A stretch of 61,705 nt of DNA, filler included. It is 9 parts of 9 records of this genome, joined end to end, with 100 filler letters (N's around TTAATTAATTAA, not from the genome) between each part and the next. Parts side by side here need not be neighbours in the genome. Positions count along the whole stretch, not along the records: positions 38,117 to 50,265 come from SRR31156797_50973; positions 50,366 to 56,027 come from SRR31156797_50995; positions 56,128 to 61,705 come from SRR31156797_51040; 6 more parts are not named here. One strand, given 5' to 3'. A program made the translations under genes and the position numbers. Shown here piece after piece: positions 47,852 through 57,370 of the stretch. The notes below the pieces were generated by a model that was not told where the DNA came from, did not search any database, and saw only the letters and a list, made by a program, of their open reading frames with translations. Numbering within the stretch: position 1 is the first letter of the stretch; each line of letters starts with the position of its first letter.

Positions 47852-49687
47852 ATGGCACGCTGGAATAAGGATCGCCGCCTGCTCGAACATGACGTCTCCA
47901 GTTTCAGGCGTTTTCAGTTAATTGATACGGAAGAACCCAATTTATGGAGAGATATATTCCCATATAGCGACGTTTGCCGTATAGATTTCGACCACAACAT
48001 CACCACTATCGATCCGGCCAAGAATTTCCTTATTACGGATACGACTTTCAGAGACGGGCAGCAAGCCCGCCCTCCGTACACCGTTCAGCAAATAGTTGAT
48101 ATTTATAAGCTATTGAATAAAATGGGCGGGCCAAGGGGGATAATTCGCCAGAGCGAGTTTTTCCTTTACAGCGACCGGGACCGGGAAGCGGTGGAAAAAT
48201 GCATGGACCTCGAATTTGATTATCCCGAAATTACCGGCTGGATAAGAGCCGACCCTAACGACCTAAAACTGGTCAAGGAAATGGGATTGGCGGAAACAGG
48301 CGTACTGACATCGGTTTCGGATTATCACATTTTTCTGAAACTGGGATTGAGCAGGGCCAAGGCCAAGGAAAGATATTTGAAAATAGTCCGTGAGGCCATG
48401 GAACTGGGGATTGTGCCCAGGTGCCATTTTGAAGATGTAACCAGGTCGGATATTTACGGATTTGTGGTTCCATTCGCCCAGGAACTTAAAGAGATGTCCG
48501 AGCAATACGACGTTAAAGTTAAAATACGCCTATGCGACACAATGGGTCTGGGAGTCACTTATCCGGGCGCCGCGCTGCCCCGATCCGTGCCCAAGCTCAT
48601 ACGCGCCTTGACCGATGATGCGGGCATTGGAGGCGAGCAACTGGAATGGCACGGTCATAATGATTTTCACAAGGCCCTTATTAACGCCGGGACCGCATGG
48701 TTGTACGGTCTGGCAGCGGTTAACGGAACCCTATTGGGTTTTGGCGAAAGAACCGGCAATACCCCGATAGAAGCCCTGGTCATGGAATACATATCATTGA
48801 GAGGCGACGCCCACGGCATGGATACACAGGCTATAACAGAAATGGCCGAGTATTTCAGAAAAGAACTTGGCTACCGGATTCCTCCCAATTATCCATTCGT
48901 CGGTCGCGACTTTAATGCCACATCCGCGGGCATACATGTGGACGGCCTGATAAAGAATGAAGAGATTTATAATATATTTGATACGAAAAACATTTTGAAC
49001 AGGCCTCTTTCCATTGTAATTACAGATAAATCAGGGGCGGCGGCCATAGTCCACTGGGTGAATCAGAAACTCGGACTGACGGGTGAGGACATGTTGGACA
49101 AAAAACACCCGGGCATCTTAAAAATAACAAAATCAATACAAAAGCAGTATGAAGCGGGTCGTATAACTTCCATTTCCAACAAAGAAATGGAAAAACTGGC
49201 CCGCAAGCATCTGCCGCAATGCTTCCAGTCCGAATTCGACCGTTTAAAAGCCAAGGCCCGGGAACTGGCTTCACAGGTATTGGAAGAATTCATCGAGGGA
49301 AACGATATACGGTCCATGGAGCCGGAAAAGCAGGAGCCGGCCATGCAGGCCTTCCTGGACCAGCACCCCTTTATCCAGTTCCTTTATACAGTTGATAAAA
49401 ATGGTTATAAAACGACCAGGAACATCACTCATGTCACCGAACGCTCCAAGTTTGAATCTCAATTTATAGGCGACAATTTCGCTGACAGGATCTGGTTTGT
49501 GGAACCGATGAGAAACGGTAAAATCCACGTAACCGATTTTTATACATCCAGGTTTACCAATGCCCTTTGCATTACGGTTTCGGGGCCATTGCGCGATAAT
49601 GACTTTGAAATCGTTGGGGTTATCGGCCTGGACATGAAATTTGAAGACCTGGCCCGTATGGAAGCGGAAGAGGAAAAAGACGAGTAA
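47852..49687 (+). CDS. DRE-TIM metallolyase, Re-citrate synthase-like, with C-terminal Cache/PDC-like domain
   Basis: ITDTTFRDGQQA, HFEDVTR, CDTMG, WHGHNDF and GERTGN; C-terminal RIWFVEP...YTSRFTNALCITVS.P...GVIGLD; AAGGAG RBS. Confidence 0.85.
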   Translation: MARWNKDRRLLEHDVSSFRRFQLIDTEEPNLWRDIFPYSDVCRIDFDHNITTIDPAKNFLITDTTFRDGQQARPPYTVQQIVDIYKLLNKMGGPRGIIRQSEFFLYSDRDREAVEKCMDLEFDYPEITGWIRADPNDLKLVKEMGLAETGVLTSVSDYHIFLKLGLSRAKAKERYLKIVREAMELGIVPRCHFEDVTRSDIYGFVVPFAQELKEMSEQYDVKVKIRLCDTMGLGVTYPGAALPRSVPKLIRALTDDAGIGGEQLEWHGHNDFHKALINAGTAWLYGLAAVNGTLLGFGERTGNTPIEALVMEYISLRGDAHGMDTQAITEMAEYFRKELGYRIPPNYPFVGRDFNATSAGIHVDGLIKNEEIYNIFDTKNILNRPLSIVITDKSGAAAIVHWVNQKLGLTGEDMLDKKHPGILKITKSIQKQYEAGRITSISNKEMEKLARKHLPQCFQSEFDRLKAKARELASQVLEEFIEGNDIRSMEPEKQEPAMQAFLDQHPFIQFLYTVDKNGYKTTRNITHVTERSKFESQFIGDNFADRIWFVEPMRNGKIHVTDFYTSRFTNALCITVSGPLRDNDFEIVGVIGLDMKFEDLARMEAEEEKDE

Positions 49688-49785
49688 ATGATCATCCCGG
49701 GTTGATTTATCTCAATGGGGATATAAAATTATTCTGAGTGGAGATAAATCAACAACATAACCGCTGAAAAAAAAGGAGGTCACAC

Positions 49786-49974
49786 ATGACTACTACTCCT
49801 CAACATTGCCCGGGTTACGAACAGTTTAAGAACCTGAAGTCTTTTAGCTGTAAATGTCCGAAATGCGGTGAAGAAAAGGAAATTTTCTCGGACGAATTCG
49901 ACAAGGCCCACAAATGCAACAGTTGCGGGGAGGAGATTGACTTCACCCAATGCACTTTGGAAGGCCAGGCCTGA
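49786..49974 (+). CDS. Small Cys-rich zinc-ribbon protein
   Basis: HCPG...CKCPKCGEEKEIFSDE...CNSCG; strong AAGGAGG RBS. Confidence 0.8.
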   Translation: MTTTPQHCPGYEQFKNLKSFSCKCPKCGEEKEIFSDEFDKAHKCNSCGEEIDFTQCTLEGQA

Positions 49975-50013
49975 TCAAAATTTAAATTTATTATAGTAAA
50001 CAAAAAATGATTT

Positions 50014-50055
50014 ATCGCCGGAGTCCGGCTTCCGGTCCCGGCGGTAGTTTTTATT
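50014..50055 (+). terminator. Putative terminator hairpin
   Basis: ATCGCCGG..CCGG-ctt-CCGG..CCGGCGGT followed by a T-rich tract. Confidence 0.5.
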
Positions 50056-50241
50056 CGTGCTATCACCCGTCGATTTTTCGGCTGAAAAGACGGCCGGGAT
50101 ATTGAGTTGATGGGCTCATACTTTCTGCGTTAATTGCCTGTTGAGGCAGCGACTCATTTATTATTTAAAAGTATCTCTATTTAACTATAGCGTTTCTCAT
50201 ATGTAAGTTCCGATGGCAGCGGTTTTCCGAATTGATCGACT

Positions 50242-50265
50242 GTAGGGGCACGGCGCGCCGTGCCC
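50242..50265 (+). repeat. GTAG-type REP palindrome at the contig end
   Basis: GTAG-GGGCACGGC-GC-GCCGTGCCC. Confidence 0.75.
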
Positions 50266-50365
50266 NNNNNNNNNNNNNNNNNNNNNNNNNNNNNNNNNNN
50301 NNNNNNNNNTTAATTAATTAANNNNNNNNNNNNNNNNNNNNNNNNNNNNNNNNNNNNNNNNNNNN
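50266..50365. other. Artificial contig linker
   Basis: N run with TTAATTAATTAA. Confidence 0.99.
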
Positions 50366-51613
50366 TCCGCCGATATTCATACCGACTCGTTGATGCATGT
50401 TTTTGTGACCCTGGCTTTATGGCAGCTGTACGAATTTATTAAAACTAAAAAGGAGGTTCACTGGATATTGGGTTTTACAGCCATTGGTTTGGCTATGTTG
50501 AGTAAAGGGCCGCTGGGAGCTGCAATTCCTGCTTTTGCTGTGGTTGGGCATATTCTGCTAAAAAAAGATTTTTGTTTATTATTAAATGTGCGCTGGTATT
50601 TAGGAGTATTTCTGGCATTTTTGGTGGTCAGTCCTGCTTTAATCGGTTTATGGAATCAGTTTGGGTGGGATGGTATTCGGTTTTTCTTTTGGGAAAATAA
50701 TGTTGGCCGGGTAACAGGTAACTATGTACAGGCAGGTGTTCACGATCCAGTATTTTATTTTCATAGCATTTTGTATTTGCTTTTACCCTGGTGTTTATTG
50801 TTTTATTTTGCTGCTTTTAAGGAGTTTCAATCCTTGTGGAAAAACCGGTTTAAAGCATCGGAATATTTTGTTTTTTCAGGAATCTGGATCTTTTTTTTGA
50901 TATTGAACCTGGCAAAGAGTCAATTGCCAAACTATGTTTTTGGGATTGTTCCGTTAATGGCTGTTTTAACGGCGAAATGGATAGATATTGCACTAACTGA
51001 AATCCCAAAGCTTTTAAAACGTTTTATACACTTACAGTTTGTGGTGGCAATGTTATTGTGGCTGTTTATGCTGGTGATCTTATTCTGGCTTTTCCCGGAA
51101 CAAACTCGTCTGATGATTATCCCTGTGATTTTTGGTGTCGTTTTAAGTATATACATTTATATAAAAAGTAAAAATCAATTGGTCCGACTTGCCTTTCCTT
51201 CATTGTTGGCTATGGTGTGTTTTGTAATTACCCTGAACCTGCAGGTATTGCCCTACATGTTCAGTTATCAGGCGCCGCCCAAAGCTGCCCGATATTATAA
51301 TAAGCACAAGGGAAAAGAAGATCGATTGTATAATTTCAATTACGGACAATACGAGTTGTTTTTTTATTCTGAACCACAAGCCCAGCAGGTTTATTTAAAA
51401 AACAATTTGGAAGATAATGTTGAAGATATAGTGGGGATAGACGGGAATTGGATTTTTACCGACCAGGAAGGAATGGCAGTTCTTGATAGTTTGGCCATTG
51501 AGTGGGATACAATTATTGAATATCGTCATTTGTCATTGAATCGTGCCGGGCGTTTTTTGAACCCTAAAACCCGTTATGAAAACTTGGAGGACATGTATCT
51601 TGTAAAGTATTAA
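50366..51613 (+). CDS. ArnT/PMT-like (GT-C fold) glycosyltransferase, 5' truncated
   Basis: The frame is open from the contig start (SADIHTDS); AMLSKGPLG, FFFWENNVGR, LLPW and LPNY; polytopic. Confidence 0.88.
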   Translation, partial: SADIHTDSLMHVFVTLALWQLYEFIKTKKEVHWILGFTAIGLAMLSKGPLGAAIPAFAVVGHILLKKDFCLLLNVRWYLGVFLAFLVVSPALIGLWNQFGWDGIRFFFWENNVGRVTGNYVQAGVHDPVFYFHSILYLLLPWCLLFYFAAFKEFQSLWKNRFKASEYFVFSGIWIFFLILNLAKSQLPNYVFGIVPLMAVLTAKWIDIALTEIPKLLKRFIHLQFVVAMLLWLFMLVILFWLFPEQTRLMIIPVIFGVVLSIYIYIKSKNQLVRLAFPSLLAMVCFVITLNLQVLPYMFSYQAPPKAARYYNKHKGKEDRLYNFNYGQYELFFYSEPQAQQVYLKNNLEDNVEDIVGIDGNWIFTDQEGMAVLDSLAIEWDTIIEYRHLSLNRAGRFLNPKTRYENLEDMYLVKY

Positions 51614-51616
51614 ACT

Positions 51617-53254
51617 ATGAATATGAAGGGTAAAAATCTTTTGTTTATACTTATTCCATTACTGTTTCTGGTTTACTGTGCACCTTCCGCTTTAAACTAC
51701 CTGTTCTTTTTTCCTGATGAAAAATATTATACCGATTCGGTTATTCAAATGATGGATAAAGGAGAATACCTTACTCCTTACCAGGCAGGTGGAGAACCCC
51801 GGTTTAAAAAACCGATCATTACTTATTGGGTTTTAATGGCTGGTTATAAGATGTTTGGCGTAAGTCCTGCTTCTTCGCGATTGCTCTTTTCAATTGCAGG
51901 GGCCTTGTTGGTGTTGTTTACATACTTTATGTCGAGGTCAATTACAAAAAACAGTAAAATTGCTACCGTTGCCGCATTCATTGTTTTGGCAAACCCATTG
52001 GTGTTATTAAGCGCCAGTCGCTCCATCCCCGATATTTTGTTAGCTCTGTTTTTGTTGATCAGTGCCTGGGGCTTTCTCGAAATATTAAATAAAGACAAGC
52101 CTCCAAAGATTTTCTATTGGATAGCTTATATGGGGGCAGCTCTGGCATTTGAAACCAAGGGCTTTCCGGCAGCAATATTTGCAGGAGGTAGCATATTGTT
52201 TTTACTTTTTAATCCATGGAAAAGGATAACATTTCGAAAATTGTTTGATCCGCTTTCGGTGTTTGCATCTGTATTTGTTGCTCTGGGCTGGTTTGTTGTT
52301 ATGTATGTGCAGCATGGGGAAGTATTTTGGGAAATATTTTTCTCCGATCAGGTAGGTGACCGGGTATCTTCAAGAATAATACAGGTGTTTTCCAATGGAT
52401 TACTTGGGGTAACCAATCTTGTATTATTCTTTATCCCATGGATTGTTTTGTTTTTAGGGATGAAGAATCACATCAGTCCTTATTATAAATCACAACCCGA
52501 TGACAGAAAGGCTGTTTTCGTGTTTAGTATTCTGTGGATAGTACTAATTATTTTAATGTCTGGTGCTGTGTCTAAATTTTACGATCGGTATTTGTTGCCT
52601 GTTGTCCCGTTGGTGGCCATGGTTTTATCCATTTTTTTTGTTGAAGTGGGCAGCGCATTTAAAAAGACAACATTTCGTATTTTACTTACACTAAATATTG
52701 TGCTCGTTTTATTGTGTATCACTTATGTATTTCTGGTTGAGTTTCACTGGGCTCTTGTAATAGGGATTTGCATTTCTTTTGTTTTTACTATGTTTTATTA
52801 TAATAAGGCAGACAAATATGCTTATAGTGAAGTAAGTTTGGCCAATGCAATTGCTCTACTATACTTTAATGGATTTGTTCTATTGTATCCCTTTTTATTG
52901 CCTGGTGTTGGTAGTCAGCTTGTGCAAAGTTTACACAATGAGGGGTGTACTGAAACTGAAAACGTATTCGTGTACGGAAATATCCGAACAGCTGCTAATA
53001 TTCGGGTAAGTTCGTGTGATCGATTAAATGTGGTTAGCATGGATACGCTTTATGTGTTGCCGGAGAAAGATGATCATTGGCTTGTTATAAAGGATGAGGA
53101 TCTTGAACGATTGAATTTAGCTGATTACAAATTGCTGCCGGGAGCACAAGAATGGCAAGGTGTTAACATCGAAAAGTTTCCGGTTTTCTTGCAAAGTGCA
53201 ATGGAAAGAATAAAATCGGACGGAGACAAATATTATATCGGAAAGAAAAAATAG
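51617..53254 (+). CDS. ArnT/PMT-like glycosyltransferase
   Basis: DEKYY, RFKKPIITYW, ETKG and RYLLP motifs; polytopic. Confidence 0.9.
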   Translation: MNMKGKNLLFILIPLLFLVYCAPSALNYLFFFPDEKYYTDSVIQMMDKGEYLTPYQAGGEPRFKKPIITYWVLMAGYKMFGVSPASSRLLFSIAGALLVLFTYFMSRSITKNSKIATVAAFIVLANPLVLLSASRSIPDILLALFLLISAWGFLEILNKDKPPKIFYWIAYMGAALAFETKGFPAAIFAGGSILFLLFNPWKRITFRKLFDPLSVFASVFVALGWFVVMYVQHGEVFWEIFFSDQVGDRVSSRIIQVFSNGLLGVTNLVLFFIPWIVLFLGMKNHISPYYKSQPDDRKAVFVFSILWIVLIILMSGAVSKFYDRYLLPVVPLVAMVLSIFFVEVGSAFKKTTFRILLTLNIVLVLLCITYVFLVEFHWALVIGICISFVFTMFYYNKADKYAYSEVSLANAIALLYFNGFVLLYPFLLPGVGSQLVQSLHNEGCTETENVFVYGNIRTAANIRVSSCDRLNVVSMDTLYVLPEKDDHWLVIKDEDLERLNLADYKLLPGAQEWQGVNIEKFPVFLQSAMERIKSDGDKYYIGKKK

Positions 53255-53263
53255 ACTAGTGTT

Positions 53264-54910
53264 ATGAAAGATCAAAAACCCCATCGCTTTTATAAGTATG
53301 ATATTGTAAGTATTTTATTAGGGGCAATACTATTATTAACGTATTTGTTGGGATTGTTTGTTCCGGTTACCAGCGATGCAGGAAAATATGCTGCAATAAG
53401 TAGAATTATTTATGAAACGGGTGAATGGTTTAACCTGATGATTCATCATGAACCCTACTTGCAAAAGCCTCCTTTTTTATTCTGGATCACAACGCCTTTT
53501 TATCATTTATTTGGTCCTTCGGTGTTCGCTTTTAAATTGCCAATATTATTATATTCGGTATTAGCTGTATATTCAGTCTTTAGGTTTGCCCAGTTATTTT
53601 ATGGGGTGAAAATTGCACGAATAGCTGCGCTTATACTGATAAGCTCCGAATTTTACTTTTTGTTTCATAACGATATTCATACCGATGTATTGTTAACCGC
53701 GAATGTGATATTTGCCATGTGGCAACTCGCCGAGTACTTTGAAAAAAAGAAACTGGTAAATATGGTTTTGGCTGGTGTAGGAATTGGTTTGGCAATGATC
53801 TCAAAAGGGCCAATAGGTGTATTTGTCCCGGTTACTGCTGTTGTTGTTCATTTGATATATGTAAAGCGTGTAAGAGACGTTTTTAATTATAAAATTATAA
53901 TTGGGGCATTGGTTTGTGTTGGTATATTGGTGGTTGGTTTATGGGGATTGTATAACCAGTTTGGTATGGAGGGGCTTCATTTTTTCTTCTGGGAGAATAA
54001 TGCCGGAAGAATCTCGGGGCATCTTGCAGGGGATGATGTAGATTATTCTTTTTACTTTCATACAACTTTGTATATTTTTCTTCCATGGGGTATTTTATTT
54101 TTCCTGGCGTGGTTTTTCGAAATTAAATCAGTTCTTAAAAAGGATAATATAGAATTGTACTCTTTAGGTGCGATTGTACCATATTGGATAATTATTTCTG
54201 TTTCACATGCCCAGTCACCGCACTACCTTATGGTTCTTTCTCCGTTTATGGCAATATTGTCGGCAAAATGGATCATCCTGTTTTTTGAAAATAATAAAAT
54301 GAGGAAACTCAAAAAAACAGTATCTGTAATTCAATATATAACAATAGTGTTTATTTGGATCTTGATTCTGGTGTTGTGTATCTACTGTTTCCCTTCCCAT
54401 AGTATTTTGTTCTGGAGTGTGATAACAGTACTTGGTGTAATGCTTTTTTATCCAAATAAAAGTGATGATTTAAATTTGATAATCAGACGCTCTGTAATTT
54501 CAATTATTTCAATAAGTTTTGCCATAAATGCTCATTTGTTTCCAGCTGTATTTAAGTATCAGTCAGTAATTCCTGCTTGTGCTGTTTTTAATGAACAGGC
54601 ACAAAAAGGCGAGGTGTTAAACATTTATAGGTCGGAGCATCGCGAATTATTTTTTTATGCCAAAAATCCCGGTTATTTTTTATATACCCCTGATGACCTT
54701 GAAAAATGCATTCTTTCTCAACCCGAAGGATGGATTTATACCGATGACGAAGGTTTAGCGCAAATTAAACAGAAGGATAAGGATTTTGAACTGGTAAAAT
54801 CGTTTAAACATCGAAGTCTCTCTGGATTTACCCCTGGTTTTATCAATCCCGTGACGCGTGAAATCCGCTTAAAAAATATGCATTTGGTAAAGTTGTCCTG
54901 CAAAAAATAA
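53264..54910 (+). CDS. ArnT/PMT-like glycosyltransferase
   Basis: DAGKYA, YLQKPPFLFW, DIHTD, SKGPIG and FFFWENNAGR motifs. Confidence 0.9.
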   Translation: MKDQKPHRFYKYDIVSILLGAILLLTYLLGLFVPVTSDAGKYAAISRIIYETGEWFNLMIHHEPYLQKPPFLFWITTPFYHLFGPSVFAFKLPILLYSVLAVYSVFRFAQLFYGVKIARIAALILISSEFYFLFHNDIHTDVLLTANVIFAMWQLAEYFEKKKLVNMVLAGVGIGLAMISKGPIGVFVPVTAVVVHLIYVKRVRDVFNYKIIIGALVCVGILVVGLWGLYNQFGMEGLHFFFWENNAGRISGHLAGDDVDYSFYFHTTLYIFLPWGILFFLAWFFEIKSVLKKDNIELYSLGAIVPYWIIISVSHAQSPHYLMVLSPFMAILSAKWIILFFENNKMRKLKKTVSVIQYITIVFIWILILVLCIYCFPSHSILFWSVITVLGVMLFYPNKSDDLNLIIRRSVISIISISFAINAHLFPAVFKYQSVIPACAVFNEQAQKGEVLNIYRSEHRELFFYAKNPGYFLYTPDDLEKCILSQPEGWIYTDDEGLAQIKQKDKDFELVKSFKHRSLSGFTPGFINPVTREIRLKNMHLVKLSCKK

Positions 54911-55299
54911 AATCTGTTTTTTCTTTCTTGGTTACTGGCTTGGCTAACTATCACTGTTTCAGTTAGGTATGGGGCCTTTGCCTTCATTTTGTATAATTGG
55001 CTAAACGATATTTTGGTTAATGATGCTAGCGCCATGCGATAAAACGGCACAAAAAGCACGCAAAGAGTATCAAAAAGACATATTATATGTCCAGATATTA
55101 ATAATTTGTTAACTGGAGTTAATTGCTATGATGAAATGGGGGTGTGCTTCAAAAAAAGTGGTTTAATTTGAATCGAGAACGAAAAAACAGGGGGTGTGGG
55201 TTGAAAAAAGCAAAAAGAATAGGCTTGACCCCTAGGGATGGCGACAGTAAAAAATTAGAAGCAAAAAATATAGCAGTTTAACTTTTAAAATTTACAATT

Positions 55300-55980
55300 A
55301 TGAAAAAGACACTACTGATTGCGACAAGTTTGTTACTATTAATTGTGGTATCAACTTCAAATGTTAAAGCTCAGGAATGGAGCACAAGTTTAGACATTTA
55401 TAGTAGTTATTTATGGCGTGGTGCCAAGTTTGGAACAGGTGCAGCATTGCAACCTGGAGTTGAGTTTAGTACTGGTGGTTTTGCTATTGGTGCATGGGGA
55501 TCTTATAGCACAGGTTCAGAAGAAGCAGCGGAAGCCGACCTTTATGTTGGTTATGGATTTGATTTAGGAGAAAACGCATCGTTGAGTTTTACCTTAACTG
55601 ATTATTATTTTCCTGGGTCAGAATATTTTGCCGGCGAATCGCATTCGATTGAACCAATGGTTAGCTTAGGAGTAGGTGCCTTTACTTTTACAGCAGCTTA
55701 TATGGAAGGATTGGGTGAAGATGATCCTGATGTTGAAGGATCAAATACCATTAGTGACATTTACTTAGAAGCAGCAGTTTCTGCAGGACCAGTAGATATT
55801 ACTTTAGGTGCAGGCGATGGACAGTATACTGATGATGGTGATTTCAATATCTGCAATATCATGATTGGTACTTCAAAAGAAATTAAGATTACCGAAAGCT
55901 TCTCACTACCTGTATCGGGTGCAGTTATGTTGAATCCTGCCACTGAAGGATTTCATATTGCAGTAGGTATCTCTCTATAA
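55300..55980 (+). CDS. Outer-membrane beta-barrel, TorF/Gcw_chp-like putative porin
   Basis: Signal peptide; SSYLWRG, ALQPG, GAWGS, EADLYVGY and TDYYFP; immediately upstream of a P-II gene. Confidence 0.75.
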   Translation: MKKTLLIATSLLLLIVVSTSNVKAQEWSTSLDIYSSYLWRGAKFGTGAALQPGVEFSTGGFAIGAWGSYSTGSEEAAEADLYVGYGFDLGENASLSFTLTDYYFPGSEYFAGESHSIEPMVSLGVGAFTFTAAYMEGLGEDDPDVEGSNTISDIYLEAAVSAGPVDITLGAGDGQYTDDGDFNICNIMIGTSKEIKITESFSLPVSGAVMLNPATEGFHIAVGISL

Positions 55981-55998
55981 TCCTAAAAACTGATTAAA

Positions 55999-56027
55999 AT
56001 GAAAAAAATTGAAGCAGTAATACGCAA
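55999..56027 (+). CDS. Nitrogen regulatory protein P-II, first 9 codons only
   Basis: MKKIEAVIR is the characteristic GlnB/GlnK N-terminus; cut off by the contig end. Confidence 0.7.
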
Positions 56028-56127
56028 NNNNNNNNNNNNNNNNNNNNNNNNNNNNNNNNNNNNNNNNNNNNTTAATTAATTAANNNNNNNNNNNNNNNNN
56101 NNNNNNNNNNNNNNNNNNNNNNNNNNN
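56028..56127. other. Artificial contig linker
   Basis: N run with TTAATTAATTAA. Confidence 0.99.
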
Positions 56128-56168
56128 ATTTTGACCTGCTCACATAGCATTAGTATGTTACGCAGGCC

Positions 56169-56363
56169 TGCTCTAAATGCCAGGGCTCAATGCGTATCAT
56201 AAGTTTCATAGAAAAACTCGAAATCATCGAAAGAATCCTACGCCACCTAGAGCTTTGGGACATCCGCAACCATGATCCGCCTAAATCCACTATTTCCGAT
56301 TCTATTCCTGATTTGGTTTATGACTTTTCCCATTCCCAAATTCCTCCCGGTGGCTGGCATTAA
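56169..56363 (+). mobile_element. IS91-family (rolling-circle) transposase C-terminal remnant
   Basis: Translates CSKCQGSMRIISFIEKLEIIERILRHLELWDIRNHDPP...; an in-frame TAG at 56151 means no intact N-terminus. Confidence 0.65.
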
Positions 56364-56430
56364 TTTTAGCGCTTTGGGGGATTTTCGGTGGTGTATGCTC
56401 AGAATTAGCCTAAAATACAGGTTAATATTC

Positions 56431-57294
56431 CTACTCCTTAGGCCTCTTAGGTTGATTGTCAATCTGAAATGTCAAGGTGGCGGTAAGCTTCATCTGCAGG
56501 TATTTATCCTTGTCCGCTTCGGAAGCGTCTTTTTTAATGGAATATCTGACAAACCACCGGCCCGTATTGGGAATGGGAATGGACAGGCGGCTTCCTTCCC
56601 CTGGTGTTTTAGGATAAAAATTTTCTTCTGAAACCGTGGAAAATCCCATGTAGGTGGCATCCCAGGTTCCTTTCCCTGTATATGGTTTACCGTCAAGACG
56701 CACATTCAATTCAAGCTTTTCTCCGGGTTTCAGGGTAAAAATATCCTTTACCGGCACAAGTTCCAGATACAGACCTGCTGCAGCCGGAAAATTGAGGGAT
56801 GACATTTCGCAGTTCACATAGGTTTTGGCGTACTGCCTGGAATAATAACTCTTATGGACCTCTTTGGCCTTATCTATTATCTTTGCCATGGGTTTGATGG
56901 TGTGGCGTTCCCGGCCCTTTTTGTCGGTGTAAACAGTGTAATACCCCGGGGTGGTTTCCGCAGTGAGGGTCCAGGTGCCAGGGGTGTCATATGCCACCAT
57001 ATAGGAATGGAGCCCTGTCTCATTTCGGATCTGGATCGGAGTAGAGGTTTTGTCCGGGGAAATCACATTGACCTTATTGAGCTTTTTTCCCCGGATGCCG
57101 TCGGCCACCGGCACGTAATGGCCGTAACAGAAAAACAGAGGCAAAGATTTGCCCTTTTCGGCAAAATACCGGGTGGACTGGACATACAGGGAGTGAGCCC
57201 GGGATTCATGAACAGCTGCAGTGAATAAAAGGAGTCCGGCAATAAGCGTCAGGGCCGGTGTCATCAATTTTGAATAAAAATGGGGTAATTTCAT
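56431..57294 (-). CDS. DUF4198 periplasmic protein (Ni/Co-uptake associated family)
   Basis: Signal peptide ending SRA-H; YGH, YAKTYV, LELVP, GRWFVR and ATLTF. ATG 57294 preferred because the longer ORF overlaps the upstream gene. Confidence 0.8.
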   Translation of the reverse strand: MKLPHFYSKLMTPALTLIAGLLLFTAAVHESRAHSLYVQSTRYFAEKGKSLPLFFCYGHYVPVADGIRGKKLNKVNVISPDKTSTPIQIRNETGLHSYMVAYDTPGTWTLTAETTPGYYTVYTDKKGRERHTIKPMAKIIDKAKEVHKSYYSRQYAKTYVNCEMSSLNFPAAAGLYLELVPVKDIFTLKPGEKLELNVRLDGKPYTGKGTWDATYMGFSTVSEENFYPKTPGEGSRLSIPIPNTGRWFVRYSIKKDASEADKDKYLQMKLTATLTFQIDNQPKRPKE

Positions 57295-57370
57295 CTTAAT
57301 ATCCTTGTTAAAATGTAAATTATGGGTCCGGATCAACAAAATAAAATAGTCCGAAACAATAAATCCCGGA

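Noticed and set aside
5473-56127. TTAATTAATTAA recurring eight times within N runs as a possible biological repeat
   Set aside because: Identical 100-nt context each time; it is a synthetic six-frame-stop linker.
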